DNA from: Candidatus Poseidoniaceae archaeon
GTDB taxonomy: Archaea; Thermoplasmatota; Poseidoniia; Poseidoniales; Poseidoniaceae
Direction of reading: 5' to 3'
NCBI GenBank assembly: GCA_965662895.1
Contig: CBFIJH010000004.1
Span: 64,001 to 128,000 of the forward strand
Length of the DNA: 64,000 nucleotides
In this document: positions 10,206 through 19,000 of the stretch, piece after piece
How positions within the stretch are numbered: position 1 is the first letter of the stretch
How the letters are laid out: each line of letters opens with the position of its first letter
The notes under the pieces: model-generated
Database searches by the model: none
The model's input: the letters and a program-made list of their open reading frames with translations, nothing else
What the model was told of the DNA's origin: nothing
Translations under genes and position numbers: made by a program

Positions 10206-11153
10206 TTACAGGCCAGGAGCGGCTTCACGCCATTCCTCTTCCTCGTCATCGGCATTGATGAAACGTCGACCGGCGACAGCAGCAGCCAAAGCCACCATGG
10301 AAAGTGCAGGAATGATTTCAAAGCCCGGAAGATAGACTCCACGAACATAGATTGTGATCATTTGTGATTCACGGTCACAGCCACCGTTCTTACAGGAGAA
10401 ATCCGACTCTGCGTAGAAGTCAAGCGTGTGGTACGCATCGCTCCAACCTTGTGTCTTTGGCGTGCGGACTTGAATTCGAACCTTCGCAGGAGCAACCATC
10501 GGCTCAACGTTGACCTTGCTGATTGGGATGTTGATGTTGAATCCTGCATCCTGAAGAGATTCACGGGAGTTTTCAGAGATTCCGACCTTCATGAAATCGA
10601 ATTGGTTTCCGAGGTTGTAAACTTTGAATTCAAAATCCTTGTCGGTCTTTGGCATCAGCTGAACGAACGGTTCGACCGCTTCGACTTGCAAAAGAGCGTA
10701 TTGTGTGATTGATACAATCATGTTTGCACCCGATGTTGCTTGGTTTGCAGGAGGAAGACCTTGTATTTCTTGGACACTGCCTTGGACGACAAGACTACGT
10801 GCTTGCATGGTCATGAATTGTTGTGCACGGACAACGACTTGGAAGTCTTCCTCACTGTTTGCCCCGACGTAAAGATCACCGGGCGCAGCGGCGGCAAGCC
10901 CGTCAGATGTAACAGAAAGGGCAACTTTTTCGATGTACGCCGTCGGGTTTGACGCCGTACAAGTCGTAAAGCCGACCAGTGTTGAACCAGGCTTAACATC
11001 GACCTTTATTTCTGCGGGCTGACACGTAATCGAAATCGCAGCAGTTGGTACTTGTGCCTGTGCAGGAACCGCAACGAGTAGCAAAGAAGCAAGGTAAATC
11101 ACAAGGACTGTAAAGGTACTCTTTCGTGTGGACATCGTGCTCACTAACTTCAT
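10206..11153 (-). CDS. Choice-of-anchor T-like surface protein with PGF-CTERM-type sorting signal
   Basis: Signal peptide ending AQA; C-terminal LPGFE + TM + GRR. Start may be the ATG near 11135 (MSTRK). Confidence 0.7.
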   Translation of the reverse strand: MKLVSTMSTRKSTFTVLVIYLASLLLVAVPAQAQVPTAAISITCQPAEIKVDVKPGSTLVGFTTCTASNPTAYIEKVALSVTSDGLAAAAPGDLYVGANSEEDFQVVVRAQQFMTMQARSLVVQGSVQEIQGLPPANQATSGANMIVSITQYALLQVEAVEPFVQLMPKTDKDFEFKVYNLGNQFDFMKVGISENSRESLQDAGFNINIPISKVNVEPMVAPAKVRIQVRTPKTQGWSDAYHTLDFYAESDFSCKNGGCDRESQMITIYVRGVYLPGFEIIPALSMVALAAAVAGRRFINADDEEEEWREAAPGL

Positions 11154-11213
11154 CCAGCCAATCGACCCTCATAACCATTGTGTCAGAAAGTGCCGTTACA
11201 CTTGGCGAAAGAA

Positions 11214-11287
11214 TGGGCCTGAAGGGATTTGAACCCTTGACCGCCCGGTTATGAGCCGGGTGCTCTAACCAACTAAGCTACAGGCCC
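11214..11287 (-). tRNA. tRNA with CAT anticodon, most likely tRNA-Ile2 (agmatidine-modified)
   Basis: Reverse complement GGGCCTGTAGCTTAGTTGGTTAGAGCACCCGGCTCATAACCGGGCGGTCAAGGGTTCAAATCCCTTCAGGCCCA folds as a cloverleaf; GGGCC acceptor stem and CGG-CTCATAA-CCG arm resemble archaeal Ile2. Confidence 0.9.
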
Positions 11288-11311
11288 TTGACCGTCCGGT
11301 GTAGAGGTCCT

Positions 11312-12619
11312 TCATGAGTTTGCCGAATCAAACATTGCCAGAGAGGATTGGGAAGGTTTGGTTTTGGAACGTACCAATGCTTCGCATGCATCGCGAATTT
11401 GTTCGGGGACGAAAACAAGAATGCGTTCATCCGTTTGTGTTAGTGATCGGATGAGTGGAGAATGCTCTGCAGCATCACGGCCATCTTCGAGAATGATGCC
11501 TTGTTCATAAGGCATGTATCCACGCTTACGTATCGATGCCGTGATGAGGTCATGTTCCGCATCGAAGCCTTCCTTGCGAAGAACTTCAGCAACTTCATAT
11601 TTCACGACTTGAAACATCTCAGAGGTCAAGGATGAAATGCGCAGAGATTTGTGATAATCTCTTCGGGCTAGTAAGCGGGAAGCAAAACCGGACAACACTT
11701 GATCTTCATGGTTAGCAAAGCGTCCGATTGCAACTTTGATGTGCGAATCATGCAACGAGGCGTATTGCTCTGGAGTCAGCGATTGATTAGTTAGCATGTG
11801 CTGTATTTCTTCCTCGACCTCAAGTTGCCCAAGGGACACGAGTTCTTTTGCCCGAGAAAGCATCCGAACAAGGTAGGATTGCGTCAGCATGTTGACTTTG
11901 TGAAAGTAGACTTGATTGTACATGTGGTATCGGGTAACCAGGTAGGCCTCAATGGCCGGTAAGCCCCATGATTTAACGTACAGTCGGCCATCGTCGTTGA
12001 CGCGCAATGCCCTGATGACTCGGGCACTGTCAAACCCACCTATTTGTGCACCGGTATTGGCTTGGTCACGAATCATGTAATCCATGCGATCCACATCGAG
12101 CTGACTGCTAATAATTTCTTTGAGAAATGGAGCGATGGGTTCACCGTTGCATTCCAGTTGACCATCGAGAAGAGCAAAAAGACGTTGTTTACGTTCGACG
12201 CCGAGGACATCCTTGAGAACTTTCCCGATTTCGGAATCCTCGCTTTCAAGAAGAATCCTACCCCAGTGTTCATGAGAATGAAACGTCGCAAAAACCTCTG
12301 GTGTTTCCAAGAGGTGAGAATAGGGAGGGTGACCAATGTCGTGGAGAAGAGCACCAAGTTGTACAAGTTCTGCATCTGCATTGGATAAAAGACCCGGTTG
12401 GACTTCTTGAATCGAGGAAGTTAACTCACATGCGAGATGATATGCACCCAATGAGTGTGCGAAACGGGTGTGCGTAGCTGACGGGAAGACGAATTCGCAG
12501 GTCGAAAGTTGTTGGATGTTTCTTAATCGTTGAAACTCTTGGGTGTCAATGATGCGTGCGTGATGGGCCGGGACCAAGATGTCCCGATGAATTTCATCGC
12601 GAATCACACGGTCTCGCAT
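11312..12619 (-). CDS. HD-domain phosphohydrolase, SAMHD1/dNTP triphosphohydrolase-like
   Basis: IRDEIH, IIDTQEFQRLRNIQQL, ATHTRFAHSLG, ALLHDIGHPPYSH, SQLDVDRMDY, RYHMYNQVYFHK; start trimmed to ATG 12619. Confidence 0.9.
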   Translation of the reverse strand: MRDRVIRDEIHRDILVPAHHARIIDTQEFQRLRNIQQLSTCEFVFPSATHTRFAHSLGAYHLACELTSSIQEVQPGLLSNADAELVQLGALLHDIGHPPYSHLLETPEVFATFHSHEHWGRILLESEDSEIGKVLKDVLGVERKQRLFALLDGQLECNGEPIAPFLKEIISSQLDVDRMDYMIRDQANTGAQIGGFDSARVIRALRVNDDGRLYVKSWGLPAIEAYLVTRYHMYNQVYFHKVNMLTQSYLVRMLSRAKELVSLGQLEVEEEIQHMLTNQSLTPEQYASLHDSHIKVAIGRFANHEDQVLSGFASRLLARRDYHKSLRISSLTSEMFQVVKYEVAEVLRKEGFDAEHDLITASIRKRGYMPYEQGIILEDGRDAAEHSPLIRSLTQTDERILVFVPEQIRDACEALVRSKTKPSQSSLAMFDSANS

Positions 12620-12710
12620 AGTAAATGCTGTCAATGCATCGCATTTCAAGGCATCTCCTACCAACGAGGCCGAGGAAAAGGATATTCTCTCTAGAGGTTT
12701 ACGACGAATC

Positions 12711-14453
12711 ATGGCAGAAGGTCTCAAAGGCTTCCTTGCTCGACTGTCGACCGATGATCCCGAAACCAACGGTCCAAGATTATGGGTCATGTTTGCAATT
12801 TCCTTGTTTCTTGTTGCGACGCTCAACTGGTACGCAATGGTCCGGGAACCTTCCGTTGTCGACGTTGATGAGCTAACGGATTACGTCAATGAGGTCGTCA
12901 AGGTCGAAGGACAGCTTATCTCTTGGGTAGAAGATCCATACAATTCGGGCGACGACCGTCTCGACGCAATCATTGACGATGGCACTGGTGTCGTCGAACT
13001 TCGATGGTACCGTCCAGCGGAGCTGCCACCCATCGGCACGAATGTTACCGTCATTGGTGATGTCATCGAGTACGAAGGAAGGATGTGGCTTCAAGCGCTC
13101 GGTGCAGGAGCGATGAATTGGGACCAAGATGACATCCCAGATGCACCATTACTTTCAATTTCGGATGTTGCTCTCGAACCTGAGGCATATGCAGGTGAAG
13201 TGATTCAACTCACTGGGTTCCTTTCTGAATCAATTGCACCGGATGTGTCGTTCAACAGCGCATACCTCGGCGACCATCCTACCTACGGAAATTCAGAACA
13301 CCAGATGCACATGATCATGCATTCATCGACAGGTGAATGGATTGAATCAGGGTCGAAAGTCACCGTACAAGGAATCCTGTCTTACCAACAACGCGACCTT
13401 CGGTGGAGCATACACGTTCAAGGTCCTGAAATTCTTCTGGATCGAAATCATCCGGTTGAAATCCCATTGTTGGACTGGGCCGGCCAATCCGCATGGATGT
13501 ACCAATCTGGAAGTACCGTCGATGTCGCTGGTGTTCTTTCCATCGACGAGGGCGATTGGTGGCTAACCGGTTCTGCAGGCTCTCCGCTTTGTGTCTTGCC
13601 AAGTGACGATGATCGAGACAACGCTGAGCAATGGAGTGGACTTGCCATACAAATGCGAGGACGTTTGGTCTGGAATACGGCGATTTCTTCCTGGTGTTTG
13701 GATAAAGGTGGTTCAATGAACGAGGCATTAACTGCGACATCGAGCATCGATGACTTGTTGTTGCTTCTGAGCGCAAACCCGAGTGAAGCCCTTCAAGACT
13801 CGAACAAGCGGTATGTCGTTTCGGCCTACATGAAATACGCTCTGGAACCCAGTGTCGAAGACGAGGGCGCATACTTCGTCGATTCACCAGGCTACACACC
13901 GGGTTGGACGAGCATCGCCGTAACAATCCCGGGGCCAAGGTCTTCTTGGCTCGAAGCTGGACAGGAAATTGTCGCCAATGTTTCCGTTGCGTGGGATGAC
14001 GAAAACATGCGGGTAGAATTGCTTGTTCACGAATATTCAGAGGGACAAAAGGCCAATCCGATGAATCTTCTTTGGTCCGATGGTGCAACGAACTGGGGGT
14101 ACGACAAAAACAAGATTGTGCGAATCAATGGACTCGCTACAGAGGATAACGGAACGTGGTACCTTTCCGAGCCTGGCAGCGACAAGCGCATCCTCTTGCA
14201 GGCCGTGAACAATTGCATCGGATTGGACGAATTGCACGTTGGCACGGCGATGACATGGGAAGGTCGTCTGCGACAAGCAGAGGATGCAAATTCGTTGACA
14301 ATGGTCTACACATTAAACGACGCAGATGTCGATGATAACGACAATGATGGATTAAGCGACGCACTTGAATCAGCATTTGGTACAAGTTCCAACACGGAAG
14401 ATACGGATGGCGATGGTACGAGCGATCGTCAAGAATACATCGAACAATCCTAG
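12711..14453 (+). CDS. Membrane-anchored multi-OB-fold protein with C-terminal thrombospondin type-3-like Ca-binding repeats
   Basis: N-terminal TM; VVKVEG...IIDDGTGVVELRWY...IGTNVTVIGDVIEYEG is a classic OB pattern, with further repeats (GEVIQLTG, GSTVDVAG, NKIVRING); ends DNDNDGLSD...DTDGDGTSD. Confidence 0.75.
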   Translation: MAEGLKGFLARLSTDDPETNGPRLWVMFAISLFLVATLNWYAMVREPSVVDVDELTDYVNEVVKVEGQLISWVEDPYNSGDDRLDAIIDDGTGVVELRWYRPAELPPIGTNVTVIGDVIEYEGRMWLQALGAGAMNWDQDDIPDAPLLSISDVALEPEAYAGEVIQLTGFLSESIAPDVSFNSAYLGDHPTYGNSEHQMHMIMHSSTGEWIESGSKVTVQGILSYQQRDLRWSIHVQGPEILLDRNHPVEIPLLDWAGQSAWMYQSGSTVDVAGVLSIDEGDWWLTGSAGSPLCVLPSDDDRDNAEQWSGLAIQMRGRLVWNTAISSWCLDKGGSMNEALTATSSIDDLLLLLSANPSEALQDSNKRYVVSAYMKYALEPSVEDEGAYFVDSPGYTPGWTSIAVTIPGPRSSWLEAGQEIVANVSVAWDDENMRVELLVHEYSEGQKANPMNLLWSDGATNWGYDKNKIVRINGLATEDNGTWYLSEPGSDKRILLQAVNNCIGLDELHVGTAMTWEGRLRQAEDANSLTMVYTLNDADVDDNDNDGLSDALESAFGTSSNTEDTDGDGTSDRQEYIEQS

Positions 14454-14458
14454 GTGAT

Positions 14459-15964
14459 TTGATGATCGAAGCCTACTTCCATGAACTCTGGTGGCTCTTG
14501 GGCGCCTTGTTCTTTGGAGTCATGCTTGGTTCGCTCACAGGACTCATTCCAGGTTTTCACGTCAACAATGTTGCATTGATTCTCCTTGCTGTTTCTCCAG
14601 GATTGCTGGAATTGGGCATACCCCTATCAGCCGTCGCAGCGATTATTGTATCAACGGGAACCGTTCACACATTTTTGAATTACATTCCCTCTGCGCTCAT
14701 CGGCGCACCTGATGGAGATACAGCGTTATCGTTACTTCCAGGGCATCGGATGTTGCTTGCTGGTAATGCTGCACGTGGTGTTGCATGGTCAGCTCGAGGA
14801 TCCCAACTTGGTCTGTTTCTATCTTTGCCCCTTATCGTTGTTGCTCGAATTGCCTTCGGCCCTGAGCTCAATTGGTACGACGGACTTCGAGACTGGTTGC
14901 CCGTTATTCTTCTCGTGATATCCCTTCTGCTTCTCGCAACCGAAACCACCCGTCTTGATTGGCCGAAATGGGTACAAAAGGTAACGGGAAAGCGTCTCGG
15001 AAAGGACAGTCGGCTTGCTGGTTTCTTTGCTGCAACCGTCTTCTTCTTGCTTGCTGGATTGTACGGATGGGCTGTGTTCGAACTCCCGGTCGATAGCCCA
15101 GTAGGTATGCCATCGCCTTCCTTGTTGCTTCCGAGTTTAGCGGGTTTGTTTGGTATCGCGAACCTTCTCGACATCTATGCGACCACCAGCCATCTCCCTC
15201 CACAAAAAGAGAACTGGGATTTGCCCCCGGTTAAACCGCTCATTGCGCCGTGTTTCTGGTCAGCCGTTGCCGGTGCAAGTATGGGTGTATTGCCCGGTAT
15301 GACCGCATCCCAAGCAACCGTTCTCGTCATGGGTGGCCGCAATGTTGCGGCAAAGGTGCAAGGAAAGGAAGGATACGGTATGGACTGGGAAACCCGACGC
15401 TTAACGGAACTCAGCGATGAGGAATTGTTGGAAATTGCCGTTGCAGAAGCAGAGGATGGATACGAAGGTCCGCAAACGAAGCAAGATTTGGAAGTCATTG
15501 CGATTCTTTCAGCCGTAAACACAGCTGTCACAGTCATGGTCCTTGGATTCTTGTACATCATTGGTCGATCTCGTTCTGGTGCAACACTTGCCTTGAAAAT
15601 GATGTACCCGATTGAAACGTGGAACTCAACGCAGCCCACTGCCGACTTTGTGCGACTTCTCGCTGTAACGCTTGCAGCCGGAATCATGGCGATGCCGATC
15701 ATGAAAATTGTTGGGAAAGGCATGCTCAGGCTCCATGCTGCTATTCCTTTGCAATCAATGGTCATGGGCGTCATCATTTTCGTCACAGCATTGGTATGGC
15801 TTTCGACAGGATTCGTCGGCATTGGCGTCCTCATTGTCGGAACCATTCTCGGACTTATGCCTCCACGTATCGGGATTCGACGAAGCCACGGAATGGGAAT
15901 TATCCTCGTTCCCATTATGATTTACACCTTCGCACAGATGGCAGACAGCTTCGGTTTCATCTGA
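14459..15964 (+). CDS. TctA/DUF112-family (tripartite tricarboxylate transporter permease-like) membrane protein
   Basis: GSLTGLIPGFHVNN, HTFLNYIPSALIGAPD..TALSLLPGHRMLLAG, LPSLAGLFGIANL, GVLPG, GRSRSG motifs of the archaeal DUF112 family. Confidence 0.88.
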   Translation: MMIEAYFHELWWLLGALFFGVMLGSLTGLIPGFHVNNVALILLAVSPGLLELGIPLSAVAAIIVSTGTVHTFLNYIPSALIGAPDGDTALSLLPGHRMLLAGNAARGVAWSARGSQLGLFLSLPLIVVARIAFGPELNWYDGLRDWLPVILLVISLLLLATETTRLDWPKWVQKVTGKRLGKDSRLAGFFAATVFFLLAGLYGWAVFELPVDSPVGMPSPSLLLPSLAGLFGIANLLDIYATTSHLPPQKENWDLPPVKPLIAPCFWSAVAGASMGVLPGMTASQATVLVMGGRNVAAKVQGKEGYGMDWETRRLTELSDEELLEIAVAEAEDGYEGPQTKQDLEVIAILSAVNTAVTVMVLGFLYIIGRSRSGATLALKMMYPIETWNSTQPTADFVRLLAVTLAAGIMAMPIMKIVGKGMLRLHAAIPLQSMVMGVIIFVTALVWLSTGFVGIGVLIVGTILGLMPPRIGIRRSHGMGIILVPIMIYTFAQMADSFGFI

Positions 15965-16031
15965 GAGAATGAGGATTCTCCGTACCAAAAGATATGAGGG
16001 GGAAGGCGCTGGATGGAATCAGTGATGCCTT

Positions 16032-19000
16032 ATGCGTTTTGAAACAATTTTTCTCATCAGCCTGATGTTGTTGGTACCACTTACCCCATTGGTGGAACCT
16101 GCAGAAGCAACCTCGGCTCGCGCTCAGCCTTGCGGTGGTTCAGTTTGCATCAACGAAGTCATGCCGAATCCGAACGGGTACGATGATGCAGCATGGCCAA
16201 ATGGTGAGTGGCTCGAATTGTACAACGGTGGAACATCGTCTGTCGATGTACGAAATTGGTATTTCTCAAACAAGGCTTCGAGAATACTGACGCTGAATTC
16301 GGCTTCCATCGTTGGTTACAATGCAAGCAATCCATCAACATACACAATCGCTCCAGGCGATTACATGATTGTAGCGCGAAACGCCTCAACCAATTTCTAT
16401 GTTGCGAACTCGAATGATTTCATGACGCTGTACGATTCATCAAACGGTTGGGTTGATGAAGCGACATGGAATTCAACTTCAAGTGGAGTAAGTTTGGAGG
16501 AAGATCCATCAAATGCCTACAACGATTGGATACCTACGTCCAATCCGACCCCCGGTTCTGTCAACACTGGAGGAGGCGGAGGTACCGGTGGACCAACGTA
16601 TGCACAAAGCGATGTCATCATCAACGAAGTCATGGCAGATCCATGGCCAAGTTATGACAATGCTACCTGGCCTAGTGGTGAATGGGTTGAATTGTACAAC
16701 AACGGAACCTCGGCCATCGACCTAGCCGGATACTGGTTGCAAGATGTTGCTGGAAATATGATCACGCTCAATGAAAATCACCTGATTGGCGCATCGACTG
16801 ATGCCTCTTCCTTCCTCATCCATCCTCAAGAGACACGAATCGTTGCGGTGAACTCCACCACGAACAGCGGCGTCTTGAACAACGGACAAGAAACGTTGCG
16901 GTTGTATTTGGCAAACGGAAGCATCGGCCATGAGGTTCTGTGGAGTTCGAATCAACCCGGATTTTCACTCGAAGCCTCATCGACTGGAACAATGTGGCAA
17001 TACTCGACCTACCCGACTCCAAACGCCACGAACGCACCGAAAATCGAACAAATCACCTCAGCAGGCGATGTCGTCTTGAACGAAATTTTTCCAGTCAGCA
17101 CAATGGATGGAACCGCTGCGCCTGATGGTGAATGGGTCGAATTCTACAATGGTGGTATTGTTGATGTTGATCTGTATGGATGGTCAATCATTGATGGTAT
17201 GGGGAACGTTACCTTCCTCGATCCCGGTTCAATCGTTGTCAACAGTTCTCAAGGGAGCACGATGATTCACGCCGATGAGCGACGACTCGTTGAATTCACA
17301 GGCGACACGCGTCTCTGGGACAATTACAACCATCTCGTGATTCGAGATTCAACTGGAGCGATTGTCGATATGGGACATTACACGACCAATTACGGACCAG
17401 ACATCTCGTTGTTGCGAGGACAAAATTACCATGACCCGTGGACGCCATCGATTACGCCTTCACCGGGACAACCTGAACCCACACCGACGCCGACCACTGG
17501 TGATGTCAAAATCACGGAAGTTCTACCTGACGCTGTGGGAAGTGATTCGGCGTCCTACCCGAACGGTGAGTGGATTGAAATTCGAAACATGGGCACTGAA
17601 GAAGTCGATGTTGCCGGTTGGAGGTTCTCAGCCGAAAATCGAAACCTGATTCTTCATCAATACAACATGCCATCAAAATCGGACACTGTCCTCCAACCCG
17701 GAGAAACCGCACTAATCGCTCTCAATGGCACCTCCCAATTCTATCTCAAACATACAACACCTGACCAAATTTTCCTTAACGATGGCAACGGAGTGGTCGT
17801 CCACAGCGCTCAGTGGACACACACGCTCGAAGGTGGCTCTCTCATCAACAACACTGAATCTCATGCGGGTGCAGGGCCCAATGGAGCCAATGCACCCTCT
17901 TCATCAACAACTTGGGGTGTAGACGATTGGATCAACAGCGCTTGGGCAACTCCGGGAGAAGAAAACCCGAAATGGCCTGAATACACTGAAAGCGAGAATG
18001 TTTTGGTAACCGAGATCGCCACATCCTGTGACCTTCCGACATTCCAGCCAGCAGCTGATTGGATTGAGGTATACAATGACGGAGAATCCGAAGTCAATCT
18101 CAGTCGCTGGATTCTCCAAACCGACTACAGTTCCAATCCTCTCATGGGGCGTCAATTCATTGATGCAAGCATGGTTTGGGATTCAACATCCACGGATGTC
18201 CTCTTGCAACCTATGGAACGAATGGTTGTCGAACTTGAACACGATATTTTCGGACCTGATTTGGACGATGTCAGCGCGATGAATCTCCTCAATCCTGACG
18301 GTGACCTCGTTCTCACGATAGCACCCCCTGTTTCGCATCTGAGTACAACTTGCGCGACGTATGGATACAACTCGACCAATGCTGAATGGCTGGAGTTCCT
18401 GTGGCCAACTCCGGGCTCGCCTGAGCCAGATGCGACAATGATGGCTTCGCTTGATGACATCAAATTTAGTTCCATTATGTGGGACGGTGTCTCCTCGATA
18501 TCAACCGAAATGGAATTTTTCGAATTAACGAACATCGGGACGGATACAGCCATTCTCAATGGTTGGTCAATACGTCGAATTGCTTCAGATGGCACATCGT
18601 TTGAATCGCAAATAACCAACCTCGAAATCGATGCTACCTCCTCTGTCAAGTTGTCAAATGACGTTACAGCCCTCGAGTTGTTTGAAGGCGGAGAGATTCT
18701 TGACATGAGTGCTGCCATGGAAAACCCAATCTATCTTCTCGACAGTGGAATGGCACTGCAACTGATTCATCCAACTGGAGTCGTTGCTGATACGATTGTC
18801 TACAAGAATGGGCCCGTCGAAAGTGAAGGTTGGAGTGGCGTGGCCCTCTCTGAACCTGTGAGTGGTATTGACAACCTCATCCTCTACCGAGGAGATGGTT
18901 GTGGGATCTTAACAGATACCAACCAATCCACCGATTGGCACCAACGGTGGGGACGGTTGGGTGCGAGCGATTTCTGTGCCGAAAGTGGATTCGATGATGC

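Noticed and set aside
11214-11287. tRNA-Met assignment for the CAT tRNA
   Set aside because: Lacks the initiator A1-U72 pair and GGG/CCC anticodon stem; acceptor and anticodon arms resemble archaeal Ile2. Elongator Met is not fully excluded.
12620-12826. N-terminal extension of the HD protein overlapping the divergent gene
   Set aside because: Family similarity starts at MRDRVIRD (12619). Similar over-extended starts were trimmed for gcvT, YccA, PAP2, the radical SAM gene, GH57 and MalG.
13360-15915. Long antisense ORFs (242, 164 and 246 aa)
   Set aside because: Antisense to well-supported genes and carry no recognisable motifs.
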